Shown here piece by piece: positions 20,279 to 30,600 of a stretch of DNA of 64,000 bases; positions within the stretch are counted from its first letter, which is position 1; each line of letters starts with the position of its first letter. Made by a program: the position numbers and the translations under genes. Below the pieces are notes generated by a model. The model had not been told where the DNA came from and did not search any database. It worked only from the letters and a program-made list of their open reading frames with translations. This DNA is from Cenarchaeum sp. (GTDB taxonomy: Archaea > Thermoproteota > Nitrososphaeria > Nitrososphaerales > Nitrosopumilaceae), in NCBI GenBank assembly GCA_965242695.1, contig CBDESU010000002.1, positions 320,001 to 384,000 on the forward strand, given 5' to 3'.

Positions 20279-21271
20279 CTAGCCGGACGAGGCGTCAAAC
20301 CCTGTCCCCCGCCGCGGCCAGTCCATCAGGTCGCGAACCTGCCGCGGCTCGTGGTACGTGCTCCACTCGGCGTACCCTAGCCCGCCGACGATCCGGACCT
20401 GCTCGGATTCGGGGTTGGCCCTCGCCCAGTTGTACCCCTTGAGGCTGTACGGGTGGGAGTTTAGCGCGGCGTGCTTTAGGATGCCCAGTGCGCCGGCGAG
20501 CCGCGAGAGCGGCCCGCCCGCGCGCCGGCGAGCGTACAGCCACAGGCCGTACCCGAACTGCCTCCGCTCCAGGTCGCCCGTCTCGCAGTCCATCGCCTCG
20601 ACCCCTACGGTCCTGACGGCGACGGCCGTCGTGCCGGGCCCCGCCGCAAGGCTCTCGAATATGTACGTGTCAAAGCCGTTGGCCACCCTTGCGTACCCGG
20701 CCGCATCGACGCGCGCATGGTAGTCGGGAAGGTGCAGCCAGAACATGCCAGAGTTTGACGCCCCCCGTACGAGCGCCCGCAGGCGGTACGTCAAGTACCG
20801 CAGGTGCGAGCCCGGCCCGTCCGTGTGCAGGCGCAGCGAGAATGAGACGAGCGAGACGCCTCCCGTTCCGACTATGCCAAGGCCCTTCAGGGCGTCCCTG
20901 CGCAGTATCGTGTCGATGTTGTACAGGAGGGCCGTGTCGGTGCGGCACTCTTCCAGGCACCTATGGACGACGCGGGCCGGGTGGAGCCTCCACTCTGGCG
21001 AGCGCTCCACCTCTATAGCGCGCAGGACGGGCGGCTTGATGCCTGGGGCCGATGCCGCAGCGGCCGCGCCGGCAAGAAAGCCTGCCAGGTCGGGCGCGGC
21101 AGGCGCGTCGACGCCGACTATGATCTCGTCGGGGCCGAGGGACGCGGCAGACGGCAGCGACCTTGCGGCAAAGGCGCGGCCCCGGGGGGTGTCAAGGAAG
21201 GGGACGACGATCGTAAAGGGCCTCTTCTTTCCGCCCTGCTCCCCACCGCCGTTCCCGTATTGTTTGCCCAT
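20279..21271 (-). CDS. GT-A fold (GT2-like) glycosyltransferase
   Basis: FTIVVPF...PDEIIVGVD...NIDT; CTTAAA upstream; paralog of 49722-50702. Confidence 0.65.
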   Translation of the reverse strand: MGKQYGNGGGEQGGKKRPFTIVVPFLDTPRGRAFAARSLPSAASLGPDEIIVGVDAPAAPDLAGFLAGAAAAASAPGIKPPVLRAIEVERSPEWRLHPARVVHRCLEECRTDTALLYNIDTILRRDALKGLGIVGTGGVSLVSFSLRLHTDGPGSHLRYLTYRLRALVRGASNSGMFWLHLPDYHARVDAAGYARVANGFDTYIFESLAAGPGTTAVAVRTVGVEAMDCETGDLERRQFGYGLWLYARRRAGGPLSRLAGALGILKHAALNSHPYSLKGYNWARANPESEQVRIVGGLGYAEWSTYHEPRQVRDLMDWPRRGTGFDASSG

Positions 21272-21412
21272 GCCCGGCCCGGCAAGCGGCGCGGTTTAAG
21301 GCCTTTGGCTCTCCGGCATGCGCGGCGTGCCGCCGGCGCGCCGCGGCCCCCCCCCCTCCCCACCACCTCGGCCCGAGTGCCGCATCCGGCGGCGGAGGCC
21401 CCCGCCGCCCCC

Positions 21413-21763
21413 TCAGCCGCCAGTGAAGGCCCGCACGGCGCTCTGCGTCGAGGGATCGCCGCGCACCCCGACGCGTATCTCGTACTCCGAGTAGGGATCG
21501 AGGCCGTCGATCCTGTGGCTTGTGCCGCCTACGGTTTGCACCGCCCAGTCGGCCCCGACCCCAGGGGATCCCGCGGCCGGCACGACGGCGACCGCCACGT
21601 CGTACGCGCGGGCGCCGCCGTGCCCGTCCCACCCCAGCGAGACCGACGTGCCGTCTATGATCTTTTCTGTGATCACCACCCTCGTGCCGTTCGAGAACGC
21701 CATCGCGAACATCTCGCCTGCCGACAGCGAGCTGCGCGGCGGCTCGGTGCCGTGGCCGCCCAT
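21413..21763 (-). CDS. fibronectin type III domain protein or fragment
   Basis: TSVSLGWD...YDV...IDGLDPYSEYEIRV FN3 signature; no signal peptide, probably a truncated remnant. Confidence 0.55.
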   Translation of the reverse strand: MGGHGTEPPRSSLSAGEMFAMAFSNGTRVVITEKIIDGTSVSLGWDGHGGARAYDVAVAVVPAAGSPGVGADWAVQTVGGTSHRIDGLDPYSEYEIRVGVRGDPSTQSAVRAFTGG

Positions 21764-22029
21764 GCCCGAGGCCGCCCCCAAGGGCGGCGGTGTGGGCGCA
21801 GAGGGAGGGTTGGTGAAGCGCGCGATTGCGGGACACCAGCGCAGCCCGCTGTGCCGGCGAGGGCCTTGCGGGTCGTCGTGCCGCCCCCCCCCCCTCCCAA
21901 CGCCGCCCTCGCCGGGCGGTGCGCCCCTCATGGCCCACCCGAGTGCCCCGGTGCCGCCTCTGACACAAGCGATCAGGCGAACTGCCGTAGGCGTGCTTTG
22001 CTTGCCCCTCCCTGTAGCACAGCCCGGCG

Positions 22030-22230
22030 ACGTGCATGTCGTACGCAGGCGGACAGGCCCCCATCCTGTCCATCGTCTCGGCTGCCCGACGGCCCCAGCA
22101 TCCTCCTGTGCACGACGATCTCGCACAGCCCGCGCTCGGCGGTGTTGTTCGTCGTAAGGGGACGGCGGGGAAGGCGTCAGCAAGTCGGAGGGCGGCGGGC
22201 GGCAAGGCGGCTCCCGGGCACGCGCGCCCC
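22030..22230 (-). mobile_element. IS66-family transposase remnant
   Basis: DLLT/FPAVP then frameshift to TTNNTAERGLCEIVVHRRM, matching the IS66 PxTNNxAERxLRxxVxxRK motif. Confidence 0.65.
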
Positions 22231-22299
22231 GCGCTCGGCGGCGGGGCGCGCAGATTCGCCTAGCGAAGCCTTTTCATAACCCCCAGCGGGGGCGCGGCC

Positions 22300-22764
22300 G
22301 TGAAAAAGACGGATCTGCTCCTCCTGCTCCTGTACGTCCACGACCGCCGCCCCGTCGTCGGGCTGACGCGGCTCGTCAAGCTCCTGTTTCTGGCGCAGAT
22401 GGAGGCGCTGCCCGACGATCCGCTGCGCGCCCACGGGTGCGCCCCGTTTGACTTTGTGGCACACCGCTTCGGCCCGTTCACCTTCGACATATACGACGAA
22501 ATCGAGTTCCTAAAGTCCGTGGAGATGATGACGGATGACGACGGCGATGATGACGGGCAGTTTTGCATCACGGACAAGGGATGCAGGTTCGCCGAGCAGC
22601 GCCTGCTGCAGAGGATTCCCGCCGACCAGATCGAGGGCGTCGAGAAGGTCAAGAAAAGGCACTGCGAGGAAGAGCTCGACGATCTCCTCTACTACGTCTA
22701 TACCAAGTATCCCGCGTACACCGTCAGGTCCGAGATACTCGACAGGGTGCTGAGGCGCAAGTGA
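22300..22764 (+). CDS. SocA/Panacea (DUF4065)-like winged-helix protein
   Basis: GLTRLVKLLFL...FVAHRFGPF...IYDEIEFL...ITDKG...LLYYVYTKYP. Confidence 0.75.
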   Translation: MKKTDLLLLLLYVHDRRPVVGLTRLVKLLFLAQMEALPDDPLRAHGCAPFDFVAHRFGPFTFDIYDEIEFLKSVEMMTDDDGDDDGQFCITDKGCRFAEQRLLQRIPADQIEGVEKVKKRHCEEELDDLLYYVYTKYPAYTVRSEILDRVLRRK

Positions 22765-23309
22765 TCCCGGTCGACATAGCGCTGCTTGTGGGGCTGGCAA
22801 GCGCGATGATGGTGCTTGGTGCCACGCTGTTCAGACTGTCGGACGACAGGAAAAGGGCCACGGACGACGACGTCGATTCGACATACGGAATTATTCAAAA
22901 AAAGGTGCTGGAGCCGGCACTCCTGTCCATAATCGAGAGCAAGAAGGGGAGGTCCAAGATCAAGGACATCGTCAGGGATCCCGATGTGTTCACGAAGCTA
23001 GATGCGTACAAAAGGACACTGTTTGACTACAATGAGTCGAGCGGCAAGCGCGGCGCCGCTTCGGCGCATATCGAGCATGCGTACATGGCATCCTTCATCA
23101 CTGCCGGCATCGTCTATCTTGCACTGGCCCTAGACGCGCTGGCCGCATCTTTGGCCCTGTTCGATGACCTGACCCCAGTCGCCCCGGCGGTTGGCGGGTC
23201 GGCCGCAGTGCTCGGCGCAATTGCAGTCGGCTACGCACTGGCCAAGTACCGCGCTGAGGACGGGGCGTTCCGGCTCGAAATGAGAAAGATCAGGAGCAGG
23301 CTGTCATGA
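22761..23309 (+). CDS. 3-TM membrane protein
   Basis: GTG 22761 overlaps the upstream stop (GTGA); N-terminal TM, soluble loop, two C-terminal TMs. Confidence 0.7.
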   Translation: MIPVDIALLVGLASAMMVLGATLFRLSDDRKRATDDDVDSTYGIIQKKVLEPALLSIIESKKGRSKIKDIVRDPDVFTKLDAYKRTLFDYNESSGKRGAASAHIEHAYMASFITAGIVYLALALDALAASLALFDDLTPVAPAVGGSAAVLGAIAVGYALAKYRAEDGAFRLEMRKIRSRLS

Positions 23310-23707
23310 CCGTTCTTGAAAGATCGCTGTACGGCCCGGTCACGACCACCGGCCCGTTTGCCGGCCAGCCCTTTGCATACGAAGCGCGCATTGCAGACTG
23401 GGCGCTCTCCACCAAGAGAATAGATCTGGTGTGCATCAAGAACCGGAGAATGCATGCGATAGAACTCAAGGTCTACGACTGGAAAGGGGCCGTGAGGCAG
23501 GCGTACGCGAACCTCTACGTTGCCGACTATTCGTACGTGGGCCTGTGGCACGAGACCGCCGCCCGGGTGGATCGGGAGGCGTTTAAAAGGTCGGGCATCG
23601 GGCTGCTCGAGGTGAACAAGACGGAGTGCAGGCTGGCGGTCAGGCCAAAGAGGTCGACGCGGGTGATCCCCGAGCGCCATGCCTACGTGAGGCAGCACTG
23701 CAGGTGA
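23306..23707 (+). CDS. PD-(D/E)xK nuclease-like protein
   Basis: RIDLV...AIELK.YDWK.A.RQA...ADYSYV; ATGA overlap. Confidence 0.75.
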   Translation: MTVLERSLYGPVTTTGPFAGQPFAYEARIADWALSTKRIDLVCIKNRRMHAIELKVYDWKGAVRQAYANLYVADYSYVGLWHETAARVDREAFKRSGIGLLEVNKTECRLAVRPKRSTRVIPERHAYVRQHCR

Positions 23708-23713
23708 CATGAG

Positions 23714-24931
23714 ATGACCGAGCTTGCCATACGCGTCAACATGCCACGGGAAATGGGGTGGCTTGAAAGGTTCGGGTGGGACGGGACGGTCATCCTGCCC
23801 GCGCACGTCCTAGAGGGGGTCAAGAAGCGCGCCGCGTCGATGGTGAAGAGGCTTGGCTGCCCGTACGTGATCGATCCGCACACATACGTCTTCGGGGGCG
23901 ATGCGGACGAGGTTGCCGGCAAGCGATGGTTCGACAGGCTGGTGGCCGAGTACGGAATAGGTGCGACGACAGCACCCCGCCAACCACGCCTTTCCCCCAA
24001 CATGCTGGTGAAAGACGACGAGGCGACGGACGCCCTGCGCGATTTTGTGCAAAACGTGACAAGGTACCAGAACAGCGCGGTCGTGGACGCGAGCGGCGAG
24101 GCAAACGAGTACGAGGAGTTTGAATCCGACCACAAGGTCAGGGCCGCCTCGCCCAGGTGGGTCGTGCCGCCCTACTTTTACATGGAGGGCGGCGGATCGG
24201 AGTGGCTTGCCGTCAACGTCAGGTCGATCGAGCTGGCGGCCAGGCTCGCGCCCGGCAAAAACAACCTGCTCTCCATGATAATGGTTGATCAGGAGGCATT
24301 GTCCGACATCGATGCAGTCGACGAGATAGTGTCGGCCTACCGCGAACTTCCGGTTGCGGGGCACATGGTATGGGTGGCGCGCATGGACGAGGCCAGGGCC
24401 AGGGAGTCCGAGCTGATGGACTTTCAGGAGTTCACAGGCAAGCTTTCCCAGGACGGCAAGCCTGTGTACAACGCGTACGGGGGACTTTTTTCCCTTGCCG
24501 ACGACAAGATCAGCGGCGCGTCCCACGCAATATGCTACGGCGAGCATCGGAACCCGTTCGAGACAGGGGGCGCCGTGCGTTCGGCGCGCCTCTACCTGCC
24601 CGCGCTCCACTCGAAGGTGCCCTACGCCCGCCATCCCGAGGTGACACAGGCCCTTGGGCTCGAGGAATGCCGGTGCAGATGGTGCAAGGTACCGGGAGAG
24701 GGCAAGGGCATGGGGGAGCTGGAGCATGCCGCCCTCCACTTTCTGGAGCACCGCGTCAAAGAACTGGAGCAGGTTGAAAAAGAGGGCGGGGCCGCCTTTC
24801 TTGACAGGCTAAAGTCCGCCCGCGAGCGCGCCCGAGGCAACGATGCGGAGAAGGCATATACGGCATACTATGACCACTTTGAGACATGGCACCGGGCCGC
24901 CGCATCGTACAACAAGCGGGCGAAGGGGTGA
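23714..24931 (+). CDS. putative TIM-barrel protein with C-terminal CxCxxC...H Zn site (TGT-like or beta-protein/sce7725-like)
   Basis: IDPHTY, VVPPYF, YGGLFSL, YGEHR, LYLPALH, CRCRWC...HFL. Confidence 0.6.
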   Translation: MTELAIRVNMPREMGWLERFGWDGTVILPAHVLEGVKKRAASMVKRLGCPYVIDPHTYVFGGDADEVAGKRWFDRLVAEYGIGATTAPRQPRLSPNMLVKDDEATDALRDFVQNVTRYQNSAVVDASGEANEYEEFESDHKVRAASPRWVVPPYFYMEGGGSEWLAVNVRSIELAARLAPGKNNLLSMIMVDQEALSDIDAVDEIVSAYRELPVAGHMVWVARMDEARARESELMDFQEFTGKLSQDGKPVYNAYGGLFSLADDKISGASHAICYGEHRNPFETGGAVRSARLYLPALHSKVPYARHPEVTQALGLEECRCRWCKVPGEGKGMGELEHAALHFLEHRVKELEQVEKEGGAAFLDRLKSARERARGNDAEKAYTAYYDHFETWHRAAASYNKRAKG

Positions 24932-25127
24932 GACCGGCGGCGGCCGCGCGCACGCTCGAGTGGGCGCGCCTTGAAGGCGATTCCCAGGCCGCCGGCATGT
25001 TTTGGCACGGCCTCTTCGACACGCCCGGCCAGGTATTGCTCCAGAGATCCCTCCCGCTGCTATCAATGGCCATCATGGGATCCCTGCCAGATTGCGGCGC
25101 GTTCGGCACCCTGAATGTCACAGTGGG

Positions 25128-26783
25128 TCAATTCTGTGATCCCCTCGTCCTTGCACCCGCAATCCATTTACCCACGTCGTCTAGGAACTCTTTGACTCCG
25201 TCCGATTTTTCGCCCTGCGGGTTTTCGGCTAGGAATTCAAGGGATCTCTCGAACCAGTCGTTACTAGGGATGTCTGGGAGCCATGTTTCAAGCGTGCCAC
25301 CCTTTACCATGAAGAGGCCGTGCATTTTAAGCTTTTCAATCAAGTCCAACGCTTGATCCTTATTTTCGACAAGCGCATGTAGGCCTTTTGTGTGGATAAG
25401 CTTCTTTCCGTTGGCGTCCTTACGGTCACCGAGTTCGGATGTAATGGCGGGGCAGTTGGAATGCAAGGGGGGATCGAGAGGGGCACCGACCGCGCTCAAC
25501 AGCAAGTTCCATTCGTTCTCGCGAAGGTTGACTATGTCAAAATCGGCCACTACCGCTGTAGGCATGCCTATCTTGCGCAGTGGCTCGGCAATTTTATATA
25601 GCGACTGCTTGTTTTGTGCATTGATAAAAAGGCATTGGTCGATCCCCCGGTCGTTATCGTTAAGCTGTGCGTTGACTGTCTCGTAGAACATTCTGTCCGT
25701 GTCACCCTCCACTACTACGGCCGCACTGAAAAAGAGCGCGTCAAGCACCCTTGTCGCCATAAGCAGGGGAGATTTAGTCACTTGCGAGAGTTGGTTCGGC
25801 TCCAGCACCTTTGTTGTCGCGTTTTTTCCGTCGTATGTAAGTCGGATTATCGTCACGTCTGTCGACGAGTCTATGGCGCCCAGCAGGAAGGAGGAGCTGT
25901 GCGTGGAAACCAGCAGGGTCGCGCCCCGGTCCTTGGCTATTCTGGTCAAGTTTCTGGCCAGGAGCCGAGCCAAGCCGGGGTGCAGGAACGCCTCGGGCTC
26001 GTCAATCAGCATGATGCGGTGATCTAGGCTCATGACGGATGCGAGCAGCCCCACAAAGGCGTTGACGCCGTCGCTAAAGTCGGAAATGGGCCGCGCGTTG
26101 GAGTGAAACCTCCTTGAGGTCGTGTCAAGGCTCTGCTCTTCCCTGCTGTCGCTGGGTGGGCGCTCGCTTAGCCGTATAACGAATTCGCGCATGTTGGTAG
26201 GGTCGATCGTGAAATAGAGGTCAAACGCTTCTTTTGTAAGACTTCTCACGCGTTCGCGTTCGGATTCGTTCTGAAAGAGGGACATGAGGTGGTTCGTGGG
26301 CGCAACCTGCAGGTCGCCGGTGGGCTGGTTACTAGCCAAAGCCAGACGAGTCTTTCCGTCTAGGCGGATTGTGTAGTGGCGCACTATGTTCGGTATTAGA
26401 TAGCTTTTGTCGTTATGCTTAATGCCATTTTTAATGGATGTAATGTGTAGTAGTGACTGCTGTGGCTCGGACACCCCTGGTGTGTAGTAGTTTGCATAGA
26501 TTTGGTCATTCTGTAATATCGTTCCCTCGGGAGGCTTCGTCTTGAACTTGTTGATTAGCTCCAACGCCTCATTGAAATTTTTTGGGTAGACAAGCGTTAC
26601 GTCAGATATCACAAGTGCTTTCGGGTCGGGTACGGAGCAAAATGCCTCTACCTCGCGCAGAGCCAAGCTCTTCCCTGAGTTGTTGGGACCCACCAGAATC
26701 ACAACGGAGGCAGGCGTGACGGACAGGGGCGTCTTGCCGTCGGGCCCACTTGCAAACGTAAGCTCTTTTATCCCTATTGGCAC
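25128..26783 (-). CDS. OLD-family ATP-dependent nuclease (ABC ATPase + TOPRIM)
   Basis: VGPNNSGKS, SDG, LIDEPEAFLHP, STHS, VEGDTD, ADFD; lower GC. Confidence 0.8.
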   Translation of the reverse strand: MPIGIKELTFASGPDGKTPLSVTPASVVILVGPNNSGKSLALREVEAFCSVPDPKALVISDVTLVYPKNFNEALELINKFKTKPPEGTILQNDQIYANYYTPGVSEPQQSLLHITSIKNGIKHNDKSYLIPNIVRHYTIRLDGKTRLALASNQPTGDLQVAPTNHLMSLFQNESERERVRSLTKEAFDLYFTIDPTNMREFVIRLSERPPSDSREEQSLDTTSRRFHSNARPISDFSDGVNAFVGLLASVMSLDHRIMLIDEPEAFLHPGLARLLARNLTRIAKDRGATLLVSTHSSSFLLGAIDSSTDVTIIRLTYDGKNATTKVLEPNQLSQVTKSPLLMATRVLDALFFSAAVVVEGDTDRMFYETVNAQLNDNDRGIDQCLFINAQNKQSLYKIAEPLRKIGMPTAVVADFDIVNLRENEWNLLLSAVGAPLDPPLHSNCPAITSELGDRKDANGKKLIHTKGLHALVENKDQALDLIEKLKMHGLFMVKGGTLETWLPDIPSNDWFERSLEFLAENPQGEKSDGVKEFLDDVGKWIAGARTRGSQN

Positions 26784-27189
26784 GGGCGCCAAGACCCATC
26801 GGTGGAATAATAGTGTGGTGTGCCGCGCTGCGGCTTTGCAACAAGCACTAAGCCGTCTTGGTGGCTGAGGGCGGTCCATGAAGCCAAGCCGTCGTCGATC
26901 CGCACAAGGAACATCCGCGACCCTACGGAAGCAGGGCGATCGGACGCGGCTGTTGAGCCTTGCCATGGCCTCGGCCAGGACGGGATCGTTGCGACACGCA
27001 TCGGCGATCGCCCTGGTGCCCCTACCAAACCCGCAACGCCTGTCAATGCGGTTGGCATGCCCCCTGTACGCCTTACGTTGTGGAGCATCCTACGATCAAC
27101 CCAACTCTGGCCTTACGGGGTGGATTAGACTCGCGAATTTCCAGCATTCGGACGCTCATGGTGAACACGGTTGCTAGCGGTATTCGTGG

Positions 27190-27670
27190 AATAGTCCGAC
27201 AGGTGCACTGCCAGAATATGGAACTGATCGCTGTTCATACGTTGCTGGCGGGTAGGGAGTAGTTAAAGCAAAGAAGGCTGGCGTTCGGCAGGGTAGCCGG
27301 TGTCTTGTTCTATCTGTTCAATATCATTTTGAACCGTGTCTCGATCTCCCCCTCCCCCCCGCGCGCTTCTTTTTGTAGTGGCGAGGTTTTGCCGATCGAT
27401 GGCGGACCGCGAACCGGATGATTTTCTCGTCTGGCTTGAGGTTACCCTTCCTCGAGCCGGCACCTCCGTTCTCCGCGTTCTCCCCGCCCTTTTTGCACGA
27501 CTCGATGCGCATCCGGTACCGGGTCTGCTTGCCGTCCTTACCCGTGATGGTCATGGCACGGCGCTTGTCTTCTTTACGGTCTCGGCAAACTTGGCAGGTG
27601 GCTTCTTGACTGCCTCGGTGTTGCAGCACAAGGCCATCAGCTGGCCTCCACCCCACACAACCGCAACCAC
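27190..27670 (-). mobile_element. degenerate ISH3/IS4-like DDE transposase remnant
   Basis: HYKK..EIETRFKM/IEQI...LLCFNYSL...N fragments across frames resemble the Y..R..IET..K and N.W region. Confidence 0.5.
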
Positions 27671-27685
27671 GTCCCCTCAGTGACC

Positions 27686-30600
27686 TCACTCCGCTACGCC
27701 GCCGGTCGCATTCAACCAGAACCTGGCCCAGGCGATGTTGCCGGGCGAGTCTAGCGCGACACAGACGACCTGCGTCAGCCCCCACTGCACGGGCGATCCC
27801 GGCGGCGGCTGGCAGCTTACGCGCACGTCCGCTCCATCGACCGCATCGAGCGCGGCCGGGACGGTGTAGTTTGCCCACGGCTGGGACACCCCCGAAAATG
27901 CCAGCGTAAGATTGGCCACGCCTGCGAACACGGGCGGCGTCGTGTCGCGCACGGTCAGCCGCATCCAGGCCGATACCGTATTGTTCGACGCGTCCGTCGC
28001 GGTCCACAGCACGTCGTGGCCGCCTACGGGGAGGGGGCCGGGCGGGCTGCGCGACAGCACGGGCGACGGGTCGGCCTCGTCGGCGGCCCACACGCCGACC
28101 GTGCTTGCGTTTATTCCCGTGAGATTGCCGGCCGCCTCCAGCACCGCACGGGACGGCACATGCAGGAGCGGCGGCACCCCGTCGGTGATGTTGACCAGCA
28201 GCACCTCATGGGCGGGGGGAGCGCCGCCGGCCCAGCGCGCGGTCACGTTTATCGCGTACGAGCCGACGTCGGTGGCGTTCGGCGAGAGTGCGATCAGGGC
28301 CTCCGTGGCGTTGCCGTCCGGGCGCACGTACTCTACCCTGGCGAACGCCGGGGCCGGCGCTGCTCCCCCGCCAAATGGATCGACAAGGGACAGCTCGATT
28401 GTAGGCTGCCCCTCCGCGCTCGCCCGCACCTCCGCCGTGCCGTTGTACGGCAGTGCGACGCTAGAGTTCGAGAGGGCCAGGCGCGGCGGCATATCGCCGA
28501 CGCCGCCAGGGGAGCCGCCCTCCTCGCGCGTCGCATTGACCCAGAACCACACGCGGGCCGAGTTACCCGACCGGTCGGACGCGTCGCACTCGACCAGGAT
28601 CAGGCCGTCGTACGCGGGCGGGCTGTGCGAAGGCGGCGGCGAGCAGCCTACGGGCACCGCGCCGTCGACAAGATCGGTCGCGTTCGGGAGCGCGTACAGC
28701 CCCGCAGAACCGCCGCCGTAGGGGGGCAGCGTGGCGTTGACGGCCACTCCCAAGAACGACGGCGGCGTCGTGTCCACTACGAACAGGCGCATTGTAGCCG
28801 AGGCAGAGTTGTTTGACGCATCCGTCGCGGTCCACCGTACGCGGTGGTCGCCGAGCGGGAGCGGCCCAGAGGGGCTGCTCGAGAGGACGGGCGACGGGTC
28901 GGCCTCGTCGTATGCGGCCACGCCGAGCGCCGTCGCGTTGAGCGCCGTCAGGTTGCCGGTGGCCTCTATCGCAACGTCCCACGGGACGGACGCAAAGTAC
29001 GGCGGGACCATATCGGTGACGTTGACCGTGATTGTCGCATGGCTGGACAGCCCGTATGGCGTGCGCGCCGTCACGTTGAGCGCGTGCGAGCCGATGTCCG
29101 AGGCGTTCGGGGCGAGCGTGATCATGGCGGTCGTGGTGCCGTTTCCGTCGTACCGGTACGTCATGTTGGCAAAGGCGGGAGGCGGGGCCATAGAGTTTCC
29201 GAGCCCGTTGCGCGCTGCTGCAAGCGACATGTTGACGGGGCCCGCCCCCGTCGCGTCGACCTCGATGCGGGCCGTACGGTTGTATTCTACGGCGACGCTC
29301 GAATTCGGGACGGCCAGCGCGGGCGGGGCAAGTGTGCCGTTGCCGGTCGCCGTAATGTTGAACCGCACCCACGCGTAGTTTCCCGACCGGTCTATGGCAT
29401 CGCATGCGACCGTCGTCGTCCCCCACGGTACGGGCGATCCCTGGCGGGGCCAGCACGACGCCTGCACGGGGCCGTCGACCAGGTCGGTCGCGTTCGGGAC
29501 GGGGTATGCGGCGACGGGCTGGACGCCCGGCGCGAACGCTAGCGTGAGGTTTTCCGTTGCCGCGAACTTGGGAGGAGTCGTGTCCCTGACGAACAGGTAC
29601 ATCGTGGCAGAGGCAGTGTTGCCCGACGCGTCCGTCGCGGTCCACCGCACATGGTGGCCGCCCAGGGTCAGGGGGCCGGCCGGGCGGTGCGAGAGGACGG
29701 GACGGGGATCGGCCTCGTCGTATGCGACCACGCCGAGCCGCGTGGCGTTGACGGCCGTGAGCCTGCCGGTCGCCTCTACTGCGATGTCCCACGGCACGGA
29801 CGCAAAGTACGGCGGTACAGTGTCGGTGACGTTGACCCTGATGACGGTGTGGTTGGACAGCCCGTATGGCGTGCGCGCCGTCACGTTGAGCAGGTGCAGC
29901 CCGACGTCCGTGGCGTTCGGGGCGAGCACGATCAAGGCCGTCGTGGTGCCGTTTCCGTCGTACCGGTACGTGAGGTTTGCAAAGGCCGGAACGGGATAGG
30001 TGCGGTTGCCGCTCCCGCCGTCCACAATGGCGGCGGCAAGCTCGACAGAGACGGGCCCCTCTCCCGCCGCGTCGACCTCGATGCGGGCCGTACGGCTGTA
30101 CTCGACGGCGACGCTAGAGTTGGAGGTTTCCAGTGCGGGGGGAGGGGCAAGCGTGCCGTTGCGGGTGGCGTTGATCCCGAACTGCGCCCATGCGTAGTTT
30201 CCAGACCTGTCGGCGGCATCGCATACGACCGTCGTCAGGCCGTACGGGATGTGCGCGTAGGGGGCCGGCCGGCAGGTTGCGTCCACGGGGCCGTCGACCA
30301 GGTCGGTCGCGTTCGGGACGTCGTAAAAGGCGACCGGCTGCGCGCCCGGCGCGAACGCGAGCGTGAGGTTCTCGGTTCTTTCGAGCCGGGGCGGCGTCGT
30401 GTCCCGGACGATCAGGTACATCGTGGCAGAGGCAGAGTTGTTTGACGCGTCCGTTGCGGTCCACCGCACGTAGTGATCTCCGAGGGGGAGCGGGCCCGCC
30501 GGACGGTGCGAGAGGGACGGGTACGGGTCGATCTCGTCGTATGCTACTACGCCGAGCGCGGTCGCGTTGATCGCCGTGAGGCTGCCGGTGGCCTCTACGT

